DNA of 64,000 bases from Candidatus Obscuribacteraceae bacterium (GCA_044229845.1 JBGASG010000001.1:224001-288000); one strand, 5' to 3'; positions 19,182 to 29,454 are shown, numbered from the stretch's first letter. Translations and numbers: made by a program. The notes: generated from the sequence alone by a model not told the origin.

Positions 19182-19850
19182 ATGCAAGCGGCTCCGGAGA
19201 CCCTCCATTTGAAAACTGACGTGTCCGTGGAAAAGAAAAGATTTGATGTCTTCGACGGCGACCTTTCTGAAGAGCGCCTGCAGCACTACATGAAAAAGCC
19301 GGTTCTGGCGATCGACACCGAGACCCGCGGGCTGAATATTCATCGCGACCGGCTCTGTCTGGTGCAGATGTGTGACGCTGAAGGCGTGCTCAGCATCGTT
19401 AAGATCAAGAAAGGCACAGATGCGGACAACTTGCGCAAGTTGATGGCTAGCAAGAATGTCGTCAAACTTTTTCACTTCGCCCGCTTCGATGTAGCCGTGA
19501 TGAAGCACTACTTGCAGGTGGACGTCGCCCCGATCTGGTGCACCAAAATCGCCTCCAAGCTGGTGCGTACCTACACCGATCGGCACAGCCTCAAGGATGT
19601 GACGCGGGAATTGATGGGCATTGAACTGGACAAAACAGATCAGTCCAGCGATTGGGCGCGCGACGATCTCTCCGAGTCGCAAATGGAATACGCGGCTAAT
19701 GATGTGCGCAACTTGATTGAAATACAGCGCAAGCTGAAAATGATGCTCGACCGGGAAGGGCTGACTGACCTGGCGCAGAAGCTGTTTGATTTCTTGCCGA
19801 CGGTCGCCCAACTGGACCTGGGCGGCTGGCAAAACGTGTTTGAACATTGA
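19182..19850 (+). CDS. rnd: Ribonuclease D-like DEDD 3'-5' exonuclease (short form)
   Basis: AIDTETRGL, DRLCLVQ, FHFARFD, CTKIASKL and QSSDW...YAANDV. Confidence 0.8.
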   Translation: MQAAPETLHLKTDVSVEKKRFDVFDGDLSEERLQHYMKKPVLAIDTETRGLNIHRDRLCLVQMCDAEGVLSIVKIKKGTDADNLRKLMASKNVVKLFHFARFDVAVMKHYLQVDVAPIWCTKIASKLVRTYTDRHSLKDVTRELMGIELDKTDQSSDWARDDLSESQMEYAANDVRNLIEIQRKLKMMLDREGLTDLAQKLFDFLPTVAQLDLGGWQNVFEH

Positions 19851-19870
19851 TTTGATTAGCGAGGAAAGTC

Positions 19871-21325
19871 ATGTCCAAGTTGATTTACGAAAAATCCACC
19901 CGCGGTCGCCGGGCGATTCTCATGCCCCAGGCGGGAGTGCCCGAGACCAAGCTGGATTCGCTCTTGCCCGCCAAGTATTTGCGCAAGAGTCCGGCGCGCT
20001 TGCCGGAAGTCAGCGAACTGGAAGCCGTTCGTCACTTCGTCAAACTCTCGCAGTTGAATCATTCGATCGATACCGGGTTCTACCCGCTCGGCTCCTGCAC
20101 CATGAAGTACAACCCGAAGGTCAACGACGCCATGGCGGCGCTGGAGGGTTTCAGAGAATTGCATCCCTACCAGCCGGAAGATCAGATTCAAGGCGCGCTG
20201 GAAGTGCTCTTCAATCTTCAGCAAAACATCGCCGAAGTGGTGGGTCTGCCCTGCGTGACGCTGCAACCGGCTGCCGGCGCCCACGGCGAAATGCTGGGCT
20301 TGATGATCATCAAAGCTTACTTCAAAGCCAAAGGCGAAACCAAGCGCATCAAGGTAATTGTTCCTGATACCGCCCACGGTACCAATCCGGCCACCGCTGC
20401 TGCTGCCGGCTTTGAAGTTGTGGAAGTGGGATCGAATGAAAAGGGACTGGTCGACATCAAGGCGTTGAAAGCGGCTCTCGGCGATGATGTGGCTGCGATC
20501 ATGCTCACCAACCCGAGCACGCTCGGGCTTTTCGAAGAAGAAATCAAAGAAATCGCCAAACTGGTGCACGAAGCCGGCGGGCTGCTCTATTACGACGGCG
20601 CCAACTTGAATGCCATCATGGGGCTGGTGCGACCTGGTGATATGGGCTTCGATGTCTGTCACCTCAACCTGCACAAGACCTTTTCCACTCCTCACGGCGG
20701 CGGCGGACCGGGCGGCTGTGCCGTCGGTGTGCGGGCGACGCTGGAGAAGTTTCTTCCCAAGCCGGTCGTGGTCGAGCGCAATGGTCGCTTCGCGCTTGAT
20801 TGGGAGCGCCCGGATTCGGTCGGCAAGATCAAAGGATTTTACGGCAACTTCGGTATTCTGGTGCGGGCGCTGACCTATATTCTCGCGCACGGTAAAGAAG
20901 GGCTGTGCCAGGTTTCTCGCGACGCGATTCTTTCGGCTAATTACATCAAGCAAAAGCTCAAAGACCGCTATAAAGTGCCTTACAGCCAGCCCTGCATGCA
21001 TGAATTCGTCATGTCGGGATTGCGCCAGAAAGAGCGCGGCGTTTCCACCGCTCACATCGCCAAGCGTATGCTCGACTACGGCGTCCACGCACCGACAGTC
21101 TACTTCCCGCTGGTAGTGCCGGAAGCGATGATGATTGAACCGACAGAAACGGAATCGAAGCAGACCCTCGATGAATTTATTGAGATCATGCAGAAGATCG
21201 ATGATGAAACCATCGGCTCACCGGATGTGGTGCTGACCGCGCCGCACAAGACGCCGGTCGGCAAACTCGATGAAGCACTAGCCGCACGCAAGCCTAACCT
21301 GCGCTGGACGCCGGACGCTGAGTAA
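19871..21325 (+). CDS. gcvPB: Glycine dehydrogenase (decarboxylating) subunit 2
   Basis: [33 protein letters not shown] and [18 protein letters not shown]. Confidence 0.95.
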   Translation: MSKLIYEKSTRGRRAILMPQAGVPETKLDSLLPAKYLRKSPARLPEVSELEAVRHFVKLSQLNHSIDTGFYPLGSCTMKYNPKVNDAMAALEGFRELHPYQPEDQIQGALEVLFNLQQNIAEVVGLPCVTLQPAAGAHGEMLGLMIIKAYFKAKGETKRIKVIVPDTAHGTNPATAAAAGFEVVEVGSNEKGLVDIKALKAALGDDVAAIMLTNPSTLGLFEEEIKEIAKLVHEAGGLLYYDGANLNAIMGLVRPGDMGFDVCHLNLHKTFSTPHGGGGPGGCAVGVRATLEKFLPKPVVVERNGRFALDWERPDSVGKIKGFYGNFGILVRALTYILAHGKEGLCQVSRDAILSANYIKQKLKDRYKVPYSQPCMHEFVMSGLRQKERGVSTAHIAKRMLDYGVHAPTVYFPLVVPEAMMIEPTETESKQTLDEFIEIMQKIDDETIGSPDVVLTAPHKTPVGKLDEALAARKPNLRWTPDAE

Positions 21326-21343
21326 CAGCGCTGCTTTCCAGAT

Positions 21344-21943
21344 CTAGATCAGGTGTCCGTACTCAAGTTTGAACTTGATGTACGAGATGCGTTCTTTCAG
21401 CCTGGCTATCTCTTTGTTCGTCCCATTGATGGTGACGATGCAAAGGAAGGCGCAGGAGTTGATAAACAAAAGCGGTGTGGTGGCAATGACGACACGCGTC
21501 ACTTCATCCCCGAGAAACTCGTTATAGCACTTCATAGCGAGCCACAAGCCTACGAGGTTGCCGGCAAAAAATGTGAACCAGTGCAGAGCCAACAGCATCT
21601 GTTCACGCATCAAAGTCAACGTCAGCGTATTCATCTCATCGTGCAGTGCGTTGCTTTTCTTCGGCGGTGCGGTCGTCACCGTCGCGAAGTTGGGCACCGT
21701 CAGTGGACCCGTGCCGCCGAAATTCGGGATTGTAATCGCTCCCGCATCGACAGTGGGCCGCGGCTGGAATTGCGGTACTGGCTGCGAGGCCAGTCCACAA
21801 GAACCGCAAAACTTCGCATGTGCTTCGTTTACTTGCGAGCACTGCGGGCAAACTGCATATTCGATTTGTCCCTGGTAGGACGCGGTCACTGGGCTTGTTC
21901 CTTGAAAAACCGGAGAACCTGGACGAGTACGGGTGCCATTCAT
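21344..21943 (-). CDS. Zinc-ribbon protein with two TM helices
   Basis: CPQC...AKFCGSCG, two hydrophobic segments and a short C-terminal coiled coil. Confidence 0.65.
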   Translation of the reverse strand: MNGTRTRPGSPVFQGTSPVTASYQGQIEYAVCPQCSQVNEAHAKFCGSCGLASQPVPQFQPRPTVDAGAITIPNFGGTGPLTVPNFATVTTAPPKKSNALHDEMNTLTLTLMREQMLLALHWFTFFAGNLVGLWLAMKCYNEFLGDEVTRVVIATTPLLFINSCAFLCIVTINGTNKEIARLKERISYIKFKLEYGHLI

Positions 21944-22255
21944 CTGTTTGATCCCCTCTAATCGCCCCGCTTACCCCTGCTGGTTAGAGCGCGGGTTCGC
22001 CACGATTATTATTAGAGCGCATTTAATCTTTTAACGCGGGAGTTCAGGGGGGTTTTCCCCACGATTTGCGCTTCGATCTATGGAGATCAGTAAGAGATAC
22101 CAGTCGGATACCTGCGGTCTGATCAAGAAAGTAAGTCAAAACAGCGTGCGATGCAAGCTAGATGCGGTTTAACAAGCATTCTGGCAACCTGTTTTAAACA
22201 GTGCTTTCCGCCGCCGAGCGGCAGCCAAATGCACTGCATTTGAGCATCCAGCCGC

Positions 22256-23830
22256 TCAGCTCGTTATTTCGGATCTCAACCGCGCCGCAGTCTTAAACAG
22301 ATTTATAGCTGCCGTCGGGTTGAAACGCCCATCGCTGAAGACTTCTTTGAGCAGAGCTTTGCGGATATCGGCGCCGCCGTCACGAAACACCAGGCGCTGC
22401 GCAAAGGGCATAGCCGCCTCGACAAAGTTGAAGTTCGGGTTGATGGAAACAGCCACCCCTTCCAGAGTGAGGAGCGCCCGCATGATGTAGGTGAACTCGC
22501 AGGGCAACCGAAATGGGTAGCGATAGACGACATCGGAGAAGTCAAAGACGACTTTGCGGAATCGCACTTTGGTCAGCCCTTCATTGAAACGGGCTTCCAG
22601 AATCGGTGTCAGGTCGGCGCACAGCGCATCGCGGTCGACGTCAGGCTTCAGGAAACCCATGTCGACAAAGTCGTCGACCAGGAGACGATATTCGCGTTTG
22701 ATCACGTGCAGGAAGGAGTTGACCAGGCTTTGTTTGAGATCGCCCGAGAGGCGTCCCACCATGCCGAAATCGAAAACTCCGATGCGCCCGTCTGCCATGA
22801 TGCGCAGATTGCCCGGGTGCGGATCAGCATGGAAGAAACCATCTTCAAGCAATTGACGCAGATAGAAGTTGGTACCAATGGCGGTGAGCTCGTCGCGATC
22901 GAGTCCCATTCTTTCGATGGTTTCCGAATCGGTGACGCGGGCGCCGGCTACGTACTCGATGGTGAGAACGCGGCGGCCGGTGAGTTTCCAGATAATGCGT
23001 GGAATGTATATGCGATCGAAACCGCGGAAGTTATGGCGGAAACGGTCGGCATTGCGCCCTTCGCGCAAATAATCGATCTCTTCGAAAATGGTGCGCGCAA
23101 ATTCCTGCACGACACCCGGCCAGTCGGTGTGGCGGCAGAGAGTCGGGTATGTCATCACCTCGTCGGCAACCGCTTCCAGCGCCTGCACATCGAAGGCGAT
23201 CGTCTGTCCTAGATTTGGCCGCTGAACTTTGACGACTACGTCGCGACCATCTTTGAGGACGGCTTTGTACGCCTGACTGAGGCTGGCGGCGGCCAGCGGT
23301 TGCTCGTCGAACTCGATGAAAAGCTCTTCCGGAGTGGCGCCCAGTTCGCGCTCGATGGTGGCACGGGCGATGGACAGAGGATACGGTGCTACTTCTTCCT
23401 GGAGTTTAGCCAGTTCGACCAGCGCCGGCAGCGGCACAAGGTCGGCGCGCGTGGACAGCGTTTGTCCGATCTTGATGAACGTCGGACCCAGCCTGTAGAG
23501 ATGCTCGCGCAACCAGGCTCCCAACTCGCGATATTCTTCCATCTCGACGCTGGTCAGCGCTTCTTCTTCGAAGTCGCGTCCGCTCTGTTTAGCCTCGACC
23601 ATGCGGGCGAATTCGCGGGCGTGATAGCGCGAAAAACCGCGCACAGCCACGATGATCAGGTGGATAATCGGCACCACTCGCAGCGCCTGCCGCCAGCCCT
23701 GCAGAGCGCGGATCCGCCAGAATACTCGCCAGCACGACACAACCAATCTGGACAGCGTCACTTCTGCAAACAGATTCGCTGTGTGAATGGAACTAGTTGC
23801 CGGCGCTTGCCTTTCCAATTTAGTATCCAA
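22256..23830 (-). CDS. ABC1/AarF/UbiB atypical kinase
   Basis: LGPTFIKIGQ, AAASLSQ, VVVKVQRP, FFHADPHPGN and DFGM. Confidence 0.9.
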   Translation of the reverse strand: MDTKLERQAPATSSIHTANLFAEVTLSRLVVSCWRVFWRIRALQGWRQALRVVPIIHLIIVAVRGFSRYHAREFARMVEAKQSGRDFEEEALTSVEMEEYRELGAWLREHLYRLGPTFIKIGQTLSTRADLVPLPALVELAKLQEEVAPYPLSIARATIERELGATPEELFIEFDEQPLAAASLSQAYKAVLKDGRDVVVKVQRPNLGQTIAFDVQALEAVADEVMTYPTLCRHTDWPGVVQEFARTIFEEIDYLREGRNADRFRHNFRGFDRIYIPRIIWKLTGRRVLTIEYVAGARVTDSETIERMGLDRDELTAIGTNFYLRQLLEDGFFHADPHPGNLRIMADGRIGVFDFGMVGRLSGDLKQSLVNSFLHVIKREYRLLVDDFVDMGFLKPDVDRDALCADLTPILEARFNEGLTKVRFRKVVFDFSDVVYRYPFRLPCEFTYIMRALLTLEGVAVSINPNFNFVEAAMPFAQRLVFRDGGADIRKALLKEVFSDGRFNPTAAINLFKTAARLRSEITS

Positions 23831-24042
23831 AACAGAGGGATTCCTTTCTGATCAGTTCTGGTCAACGCCCAGACTTCTTGACCACTATCTTATGACGAGA
23901 AGATCTGATGTCAGAGGGTCGGAACATAAAATTAACTTTGCTCGCAACGTTCCTAACACAGCAGAGGCTCACTGCAACTGCGTCTCACTGCGAAACCCTG
24001 TGCAGCTGTCTATTTGATCATGTCGCTGGGTGTGAAGGCGAA

Positions 24043-24771
24043 TTAGCGGCCGCCCAGGGCCTGAAACTGCAGCTCGATGATCTCTTTGACGCCTTTTTCA
24101 GCCAGGGTCATGAGCTCAGGCAGTTTTGAGTTGTCCCATGGTTTCTCTTCGGACGAAAGTTGCAGTTCGAGGATCTTGCCCGACTCGGTGAGGACGATAT
24201 TGCTGTCCATCCGGGCCTGGGAGTCTTCCTGATAGTTGGGGTCGAGCAAAAGCTGTCCATTGACGTCGCAGATGCTTACAGCCGCCATGTGTTCGATCAG
24301 CGGCAGCGAGTCCCAGAAACAGGTCTTTTGCAGTTTCAGGAGCGCGTCGTATAAAGCCAGAAATCCGCCGCTTATGGACGCAACGCGTGTGCCGGCGTCG
24401 GCCTGCAAAACATCGCAGTCGATAGTAATCGTGCGCTCTCCCAGAGCCTGACGATCGATGACTGCTCGCAGCGTCCGCCCGATCAGGCGTTGTATCTCGG
24501 CGGTGCGCCCGGAAGGCTGTCCGCGTGTCACTTCACGTACGGAGCGCTGAATGGTCGAACCCGGCAGGAGTGAATACTCGGCGGTTACCCAGCCTTCACC
24601 CTTGCCCATGAGAAAAGCCGGCACCCGCTCTTCCACCTTGGCGGTGGTCAATACCTTGGTGTCGCCAAACTCTACGAGAACGCTACCCTCGGCGTTCTTG
24701 GTGAAGTTGCGTGTAAATTTTACGGGCCTGAGCTGGTCCCATTGCCGATTGTCTCGTCGGCGAACAGCCAT
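24043..24771 (-). CDS. rph: Ribonuclease PH
   Basis: AEGSVLVEFGDTKV, WVTAEYSLLP, GRTAEIQRLIGR and DCDVLQADAGTRVAS. Confidence 0.93.
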   Translation of the reverse strand: MAVRRRDNRQWDQLRPVKFTRNFTKNAEGSVLVEFGDTKVLTTAKVEERVPAFLMGKGEGWVTAEYSLLPGSTIQRSVREVTRGQPSGRTAEIQRLIGRTLRAVIDRQALGERTITIDCDVLQADAGTRVASISGGFLALYDALLKLQKTCFWDSLPLIEHMAAVSICDVNGQLLLDPNYQEDSQARMDSNIVLTESGKILELQLSSEEKPWDNSKLPELMTLAEKGVKEIIELQFQALGGR

Positions 24772-24886
24772 CTCAAACTCACTTTCTAGTTTCGAAGCTG
24801 TCGATATTAATCGGGCTTATTTTAGCGCCAAAGTATATCGAAAGTCTGAGAAAGTCTGGACTTTCGTATGCTTGAAATGGGGTTGC

Positions 24887-24920
24887 AAATAGAAGGACCG
24901 CCCCGTGAAGGTGGCGGTCC
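24887..24920 (-). terminator. Intrinsic terminator downstream of the small lipoprotein gene
   Basis: Minus strand GGACCGCC...GGCGGTCC stem followed by TTCTATTT. Confidence 0.6.
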
Positions 24921-24984
24921 AATCTTTGATCTTGTACTGTGCCGTGCTACCAGACGTGGTATCACAGCCGCATACAGCTTTCGA

Positions 24985-25224
24985 CTATGAGCCAGCGTCC
25001 GTAGCGGTACTGGTGGTGGTATCAGTAGTCGTTGTGGTCGTGGTGGTCGTGCCGGCGCCTGCATCAGTGGCGGTGCTGGTGGTCGTGGTCGACGAGCTGC
25101 CATCGGTGGCGGTGCTGGTGGTTGTGGTGTCTCCACCGCCAGTGGTTCCGCCGCAAGCTGCGAGCGAGGCGACCAACGCGAGGCTGGCTGTTGCAAGCGC
25201 GATTTTCTGAAGATTCAAAGCCAT
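24985..25224 (-). CDS. Small Thr-rich lipoprotein
   Basis: Signal peptide ending in lipobox LAA-C, then three copies of TTTSTATD. Upstream AAAGGAG and a downstream terminator. Confidence 0.75.
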   Translation of the reverse strand: MALNLQKIALATASLALVASLAACGGTTGGGDTTTTSTATDGSSSTTTTSTATDAGAGTTTTTTTTTDTTTSTATDAGS

Positions 25225-25521
25225 AAACTTATCCCGTCTCCTTTGCTGGATATCTCAGTGCCTGGTTGATCTAGCGATCTTTTGCTTATCTCACTTGCCG
25301 CAACGCAACGACAAGCTTAGTAATTGCCAACCTGAAGCGGCCGCAATAATAACAGGTAAATTTACTAGGAGCAAACTAAATCTACTAGTGATTGCATCAG
25401 CGTTTTTACAATGCCGGTAAGCACAAGGATCGCTCGCTGACTCGCTGTGCAGGATCTTTAGTTGCGGCGGATAAATCCCACGCACGTTACATTGCGAGCA
25501 CTTTTGATCCATGCCGCGTTG

Positions 25522-27054
25522 TCAATGTTGGAGTAAACAGCTACCTGTCATCTCCAATGGTTTAGGAATTCTCATCACTTCCAGAACCGTAGGCGCCACA
25601 TCGCAAAGCGCACCATTGCGTAGCTGAGTGCCGGCAGGAACGCGGCCGCTGAAGTCTGCCACTATGAACGGTACCGGATTGGTTGTGTGGGCGGTGTGCG
25701 GCTCGCCCGTCTTCAAATCGATCATCTGCTCAACGTTGCCATGATCCGCAGTGATCAATAGAGTTCCTTTTGCGTCTCTGGTTGCGTCCAGCAGTTTGCC
25801 AAAAGCCAGATCCACTGAATCTACGGCGTCGACGGCGGCTTCCATGAAGCCTGTATGCCCCACCATGTCCGGGTTTGCGAAATTGAGAACGATGAAGGGA
25901 TATTGACCGGATGTGATCGCTTTGCAGGCAAGATCAGCGACACCTTCAGTCTGCATAGAGGGAGCCTGGTCGTAGGTTGCCACCTTCAGTGATGGCACAA
26001 GTACGCGCTCTTCTCCATCATTGGCGGCCTCTTTTCCGCCGTTGAAAAAGTACGTAACGTGGGCATATTTCTCGGTTTCAGCCAGATGAAGCTGTTTGAG
26101 GTGGTGGCAGGCCAGCAGTTCCGGCAAGGTATTTTTCATGTCCTGCGAAGGTAGTTGTTCCGGACTGAAAGCAACCGGCAAATGCAATGTCGAATCGTAT
26201 TCCGTCAGACATACATAAGTGATACTGGGCACGACCGGCCGAGGGAAATCACTGAAATCGAGTTGTGTCAGCACGCGTGAAATCTGGCGTACGCGGTCAG
26301 GTCGGAAGTTAAAACAGATTACGCTGTCACCGCTTTGTATCGGACGCTTAGTCACCACAGTTGGTAGCACGAACTCGTCGTTTTCTTCGCGGGCATAACC
26401 GGCCTCAACGGCTTGCACCGCCGATTTGGCTTCCAGCCCTTCTCCCAGCACCAGCGCTCGCCAATACTTTTCGACGCGATCCCAACGCTGGTCGCGATCC
26501 ATTGCGTAGTATCTCCCCGACACCACACCGATAAAGCCTTTGCCTGCCAGTTTGCCTTCCAACTCGCGCATAAAACGCAAAGCCGAACGGGGCGGTGTAT
26601 CGCGTCCATCGAGAATCGGGTGGATAACCAGCTCCGGAACCTGCTCTCGCTGAGCAAACTGGATGAGGCCGTCCAGGTGATCCGGACTGGAGTGGACGCA
26701 ACCGTCGCTGACCAAACCTATTAGATGCAGCGCTCCTTTGTTTTTCTTGGCCGCATCGGATGCGATTTTGAGCGCCGGATTCTGAAAGAACGTTCCGTCG
26801 ATTATCGTCTGGCTGATCTGTGTCAGCTTCTGAATGACCACGCGGCCCGCGCCGATATTCAGGTGACCGACCTCCGAATTGCCCATCAGCCCCGGCGGCA
26901 GCCCGACACACTCACCGGAAGCTTCCAGCAAGCTGTGGGGAAACTTATTAAGCAGGAGTTGATAATTGGGTGTTTTGGCGGCAGTCACCGCGTTTCCCTT
27001 TGTTTCCGGCGAAACTCCCCACCCATCCAGAACCAACAACGTAACTGGTTGCAT
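25522..27054 (-). CDS. gpmI: 2,3-bisphosphoglycerate-independent phosphoglycerate mutase
   Basis: LDGWG, MGNSEVGH, GRYYAMDRD, ETEKYAHV, NPDMVGH, TADHGN and HTAHT. Confidence 0.95.
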   Translation of the reverse strand: MQPVTLLVLDGWGVSPETKGNAVTAAKTPNYQLLLNKFPHSLLEASGECVGLPPGLMGNSEVGHLNIGAGRVVIQKLTQISQTIIDGTFFQNPALKIASDAAKKNKGALHLIGLVSDGCVHSSPDHLDGLIQFAQREQVPELVIHPILDGRDTPPRSALRFMRELEGKLAGKGFIGVVSGRYYAMDRDQRWDRVEKYWRALVLGEGLEAKSAVQAVEAGYAREENDEFVLPTVVTKRPIQSGDSVICFNFRPDRVRQISRVLTQLDFSDFPRPVVPSITYVCLTEYDSTLHLPVAFSPEQLPSQDMKNTLPELLACHHLKQLHLAETEKYAHVTYFFNGGKEAANDGEERVLVPSLKVATYDQAPSMQTEGVADLACKAITSGQYPFIVLNFANPDMVGHTGFMEAAVDAVDSVDLAFGKLLDATRDAKGTLLITADHGNVEQMIDLKTGEPHTAHTTNPVPFIVADFSGRVPAGTQLRNGALCDVAPTVLEVMRIPKPLEMTGSCLLQH

Positions 27055-27059
27055 ACTTT

Positions 27060-27139
27060 ATTCCTGCCTGATTCCTGCCTGATTCCTGCCTGATTCCTGC
27101 CTGATTCCTGCCCTGATTCCTGCCCTGATTCTTGCCCTG
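27060..27139. repeat. Tandem array: (ATTCCTGCCTG)x4 + (ATTCCTGCCCTG)x2 + ATTCTTGCCCTG
   Basis: Read directly from the sequence: seven contiguous 11-12 bp units with no spacers. Confidence 0.95.
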
Positions 27140-27229
27140 ATCTAAGCGATATAGCAGTGCAGCGCATAGCATATCGTGTGGGCGGCCCCTTCCGCCCCGA
27201 TACACGAACGACCGGGCGCACTTATAATA

Positions 27230-28054
27230 ATGTCGCCTTGCCTGTTGAAGGATGTGCGTCGCTTGCCGGACTCCAGAGCCACTGGTCCCGTTAACATCTC
27301 GAAAAGAGGACGCCAAGAGCCTGCGTCCCAGTCCACTGCGCCTGCGGGCGAGTCAGCAGGCGCCGATGCGCCCAAGGGACCTCCACCCGATATATCGAAT
27401 TGGATAGCTGAGGTCAGCCACGAACTGCGTCTGCCGCTGGCCAACATTCGCTTGCTGGTGGAGACCCTATTGGACGGCGCTCTGGAAGATGAGGAAGTAG
27501 CGCGGCGCATGCTTAAGCGCGCTTATCAGGAAATCGAACGTTTGCAGTCGCTGGTGGTGAACCTGCTCTCGGTGGAGCAGGTGGCGGAAAAACGCGGCGA
27601 ATTGAAAGCTGAGTGGATATCTCTTGTCGAGCGGGCTGCCTATGCGGCGGAAACCGTCGGCGAGCAGGCGAATGCCAAAGATATATCGGTCAAGATCAGC
27701 GTGCCGTCCGGTGCTCAGATTCTGGCCAATGCGGAGCAGTTCGACCAGGTGTTACTGAACCTGGTTGAGAACGCAGTCAAGTTCACGCCTAAAGGCGGCA
27801 CGATTGTAATCAGGCAGGGGCGGACTCCGACCAGTGTGGCTGTGGAAGACACCGGTATCGGTATCGCCGAGGCCGATCTGGCGAAAATTTTTCAGCGTTT
27901 CTACCGCGTCGATCGAGGCAAAGGCTCAACCGGACTGGGGTTGTCGATCGTCAAACACATCGCCGAATTGCACAACGCAAAAATCCTCGTCGACTCTATC
28001 GAAGGCAAAGGCTCGACATTCGAACTACAGTTTCCCGATGGTGGCAATATATGA
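27230..28054 (+). CDS. Sensor-less histidine kinase, PhoR-like by context
   Basis: VSHELRLPL, NLVENAVKF, DTGIG, FYRVD and GLGL; precedes an OmpR regulator and phoU. The start is uncertain (27176-27253). Confidence 0.8.
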   Translation: MSPCLLKDVRRLPDSRATGPVNISKRGRQEPASQSTAPAGESAGADAPKGPPPDISNWIAEVSHELRLPLANIRLLVETLLDGALEDEEVARRMLKRAYQEIERLQSLVVNLLSVEQVAEKRGELKAEWISLVERAAYAAETVGEQANAKDISVKISVPSGAQILANAEQFDQVLLNLVENAVKFTPKGGTIVIRQGRTPTSVAVEDTGIGIAEADLAKIFQRFYRVDRGKGSTGLGLSIVKHIAELHNAKILVDSIEGKGSTFELQFPDGGNI

Positions 28055-28809
28055 GCACGACGACGAAACAACGAGTGATGCTCGTCGACGATGATCTGAC
28101 AATCATCGAAACTTTGCAGTACAACCTCAATCGTCATGGCTATGAGACGGTCACTTTCAACAACGGCAGCACGGCGCTGGCGGCGCTGTCCTCCAGCGAA
28201 AGCCCCGACCTGATTATTCTTGATTGGATGTTGCCCGATATGGTCGGTCCGGAGATCTGTAAGGTGATTCGCAGCCGGTCGATCGAAGTGCCGATTCTGA
28301 TGCTCACCGGCAGAGCCGCTCCTGCCGATGTTGCCGAAGGGCTGACCAGCGGTGCCGACGATTATCTCGCCAAGCCATTCAGCACGGTGGAATTGATGGC
28401 TCGCGTCCAGGCGGTGTTGCGGCGCGTCAAGGGCGTCAAGAAGGGCGCGTCGACCAAACTTGTCATCGGTGATCTGGTGCTCGACGAGGATTCACGGCGG
28501 GTTACTAAGAAAGGCAAAAACGTAGATCTCTCCCCCAAGGAGTTTCAACTATTGAAAGTGCTTATGTCGAATTCAGGGAAAACATTATCCACGGAGTCGC
28601 TGCTCAATCAAGTCTGGGGCTATGATTTCACCGGTGACGTGAAGACGGTGGCGGTGCATGTCCGCTGGCTGCGCCAGAAGCTGGAAGCCGATCCGAAGAA
28701 TCCGCAACTGTTAGAAACGGTGCACCGCTCAGGATATAGATTGAACGCGCCGGAAGTAGAACCCGGAGACTCCGCCGGGACTGCAAACACCGGGGGCCAT
28801 GCCAGTTAA
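28051..28809 (+). CDS. OmpR-family response regulator, PhoB-like
   Basis: LIILDWMLP, GADDYLAKPF, LSPKEF and TVAVHVRWLRQKLE; lies between the kinase and phoU. Confidence 0.85.
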   Translation: MSTTTKQRVMLVDDDLTIIETLQYNLNRHGYETVTFNNGSTALAALSSSESPDLIILDWMLPDMVGPEICKVIRSRSIEVPILMLTGRAAPADVAEGLTSGADDYLAKPFSTVELMARVQAVLRRVKGVKKGASTKLVIGDLVLDEDSRRVTKKGKNVDLSPKEFQLLKVLMSNSGKTLSTESLLNQVWGYDFTGDVKTVAVHVRWLRQKLEADPKNPQLLETVHRSGYRLNAPEVEPGDSAGTANTGGHAS

Positions 28810-29454
28810 ATGAAGACGCAGCAAATCACACTCGTCAAAGAAGACGTGCTCTCCCTGGGTCGCAAGGTCAGTCGTGAGGTCGTGGAACTGTCTGGGTTGC
28901 TGGTCCGCTCCCCCGGCGCTTCTTTCGAGTTTATTCAGAAGCAGGAAGATGAGATCAACGACCTCTGTCTGGGCATCGAAGAGAAGTGCCTGGATGTCTT
29001 AGTGGAAAAGCAGGATCTCAGCCCGCAAGAAATTCGCACCGTCGTTGGTAGCACACTGATTGCCGCCAAGTTCGAACGTCTCTCCGACCACGCTTACCGC
29101 ACCGCCAAGTTGATTACCTGGATCCTGGAAGATGACGTGCCGATTCCGGAAGAACTGGCGCAGATGGCCAACGTCATCGCGCGTATGGTGGAAGACGTCC
29201 TGGTCTGTTTCGTCAGCGATGCCATCGACCGCGTCCCCGAGATCTCGCAACGGGACAGTCAGGTCGATTACCTCCACGACATGATGCACAAGCGACTGCT
29301 CTCAGATCTGGGCGTGCAAGATCAAGAGCAGGCTCAGACCAACACACAGTTTCTTTTCTGTGCCCGGTATCTCGAGCGCATGGGCGATCTGGTCGGCTCA
29401 ATCGCCAGACGGATTCACTTTATCGTCACCGGCGAGCGCATGGCGCAGCATTAA
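28810..29454 (+). CDS. phoU: Phosphate signalling protein PhoU
   Basis: Two PhoU repeats: EDEIN...FERLSDH and DSQVD...ARYLERMGD...IHFIVTG. Confidence 0.85.
   Translation: MKTQQITLVKEDVLSLGRKVSREVVELSGLLVRSPGASFEFIQKQEDEINDLCLGIEEKCLDVLVEKQDLSPQEIRTVVGSTLIAAKFERLSDHAYRTAKLITWILEDDVPIPEELAQMANVIARMVEDVLVCFVSDAIDRVPEISQRDSQVDYLHDMMHKRLLSDLGVQDQEQAQTNTQFLFCARYLERMGDLVGSIARRIHFIVTGERMAQH

Noticed and set aside
13877..24771. RNA-processing cluster (Mini-III, RNase D, RNase PH)
   Set aside because: The genes are in different transcription units separated by unrelated genes.
27060..27139. CRISPR array
   Set aside because: The units are 11-12 bp and contiguous, with no unique spacers and no cas genes.
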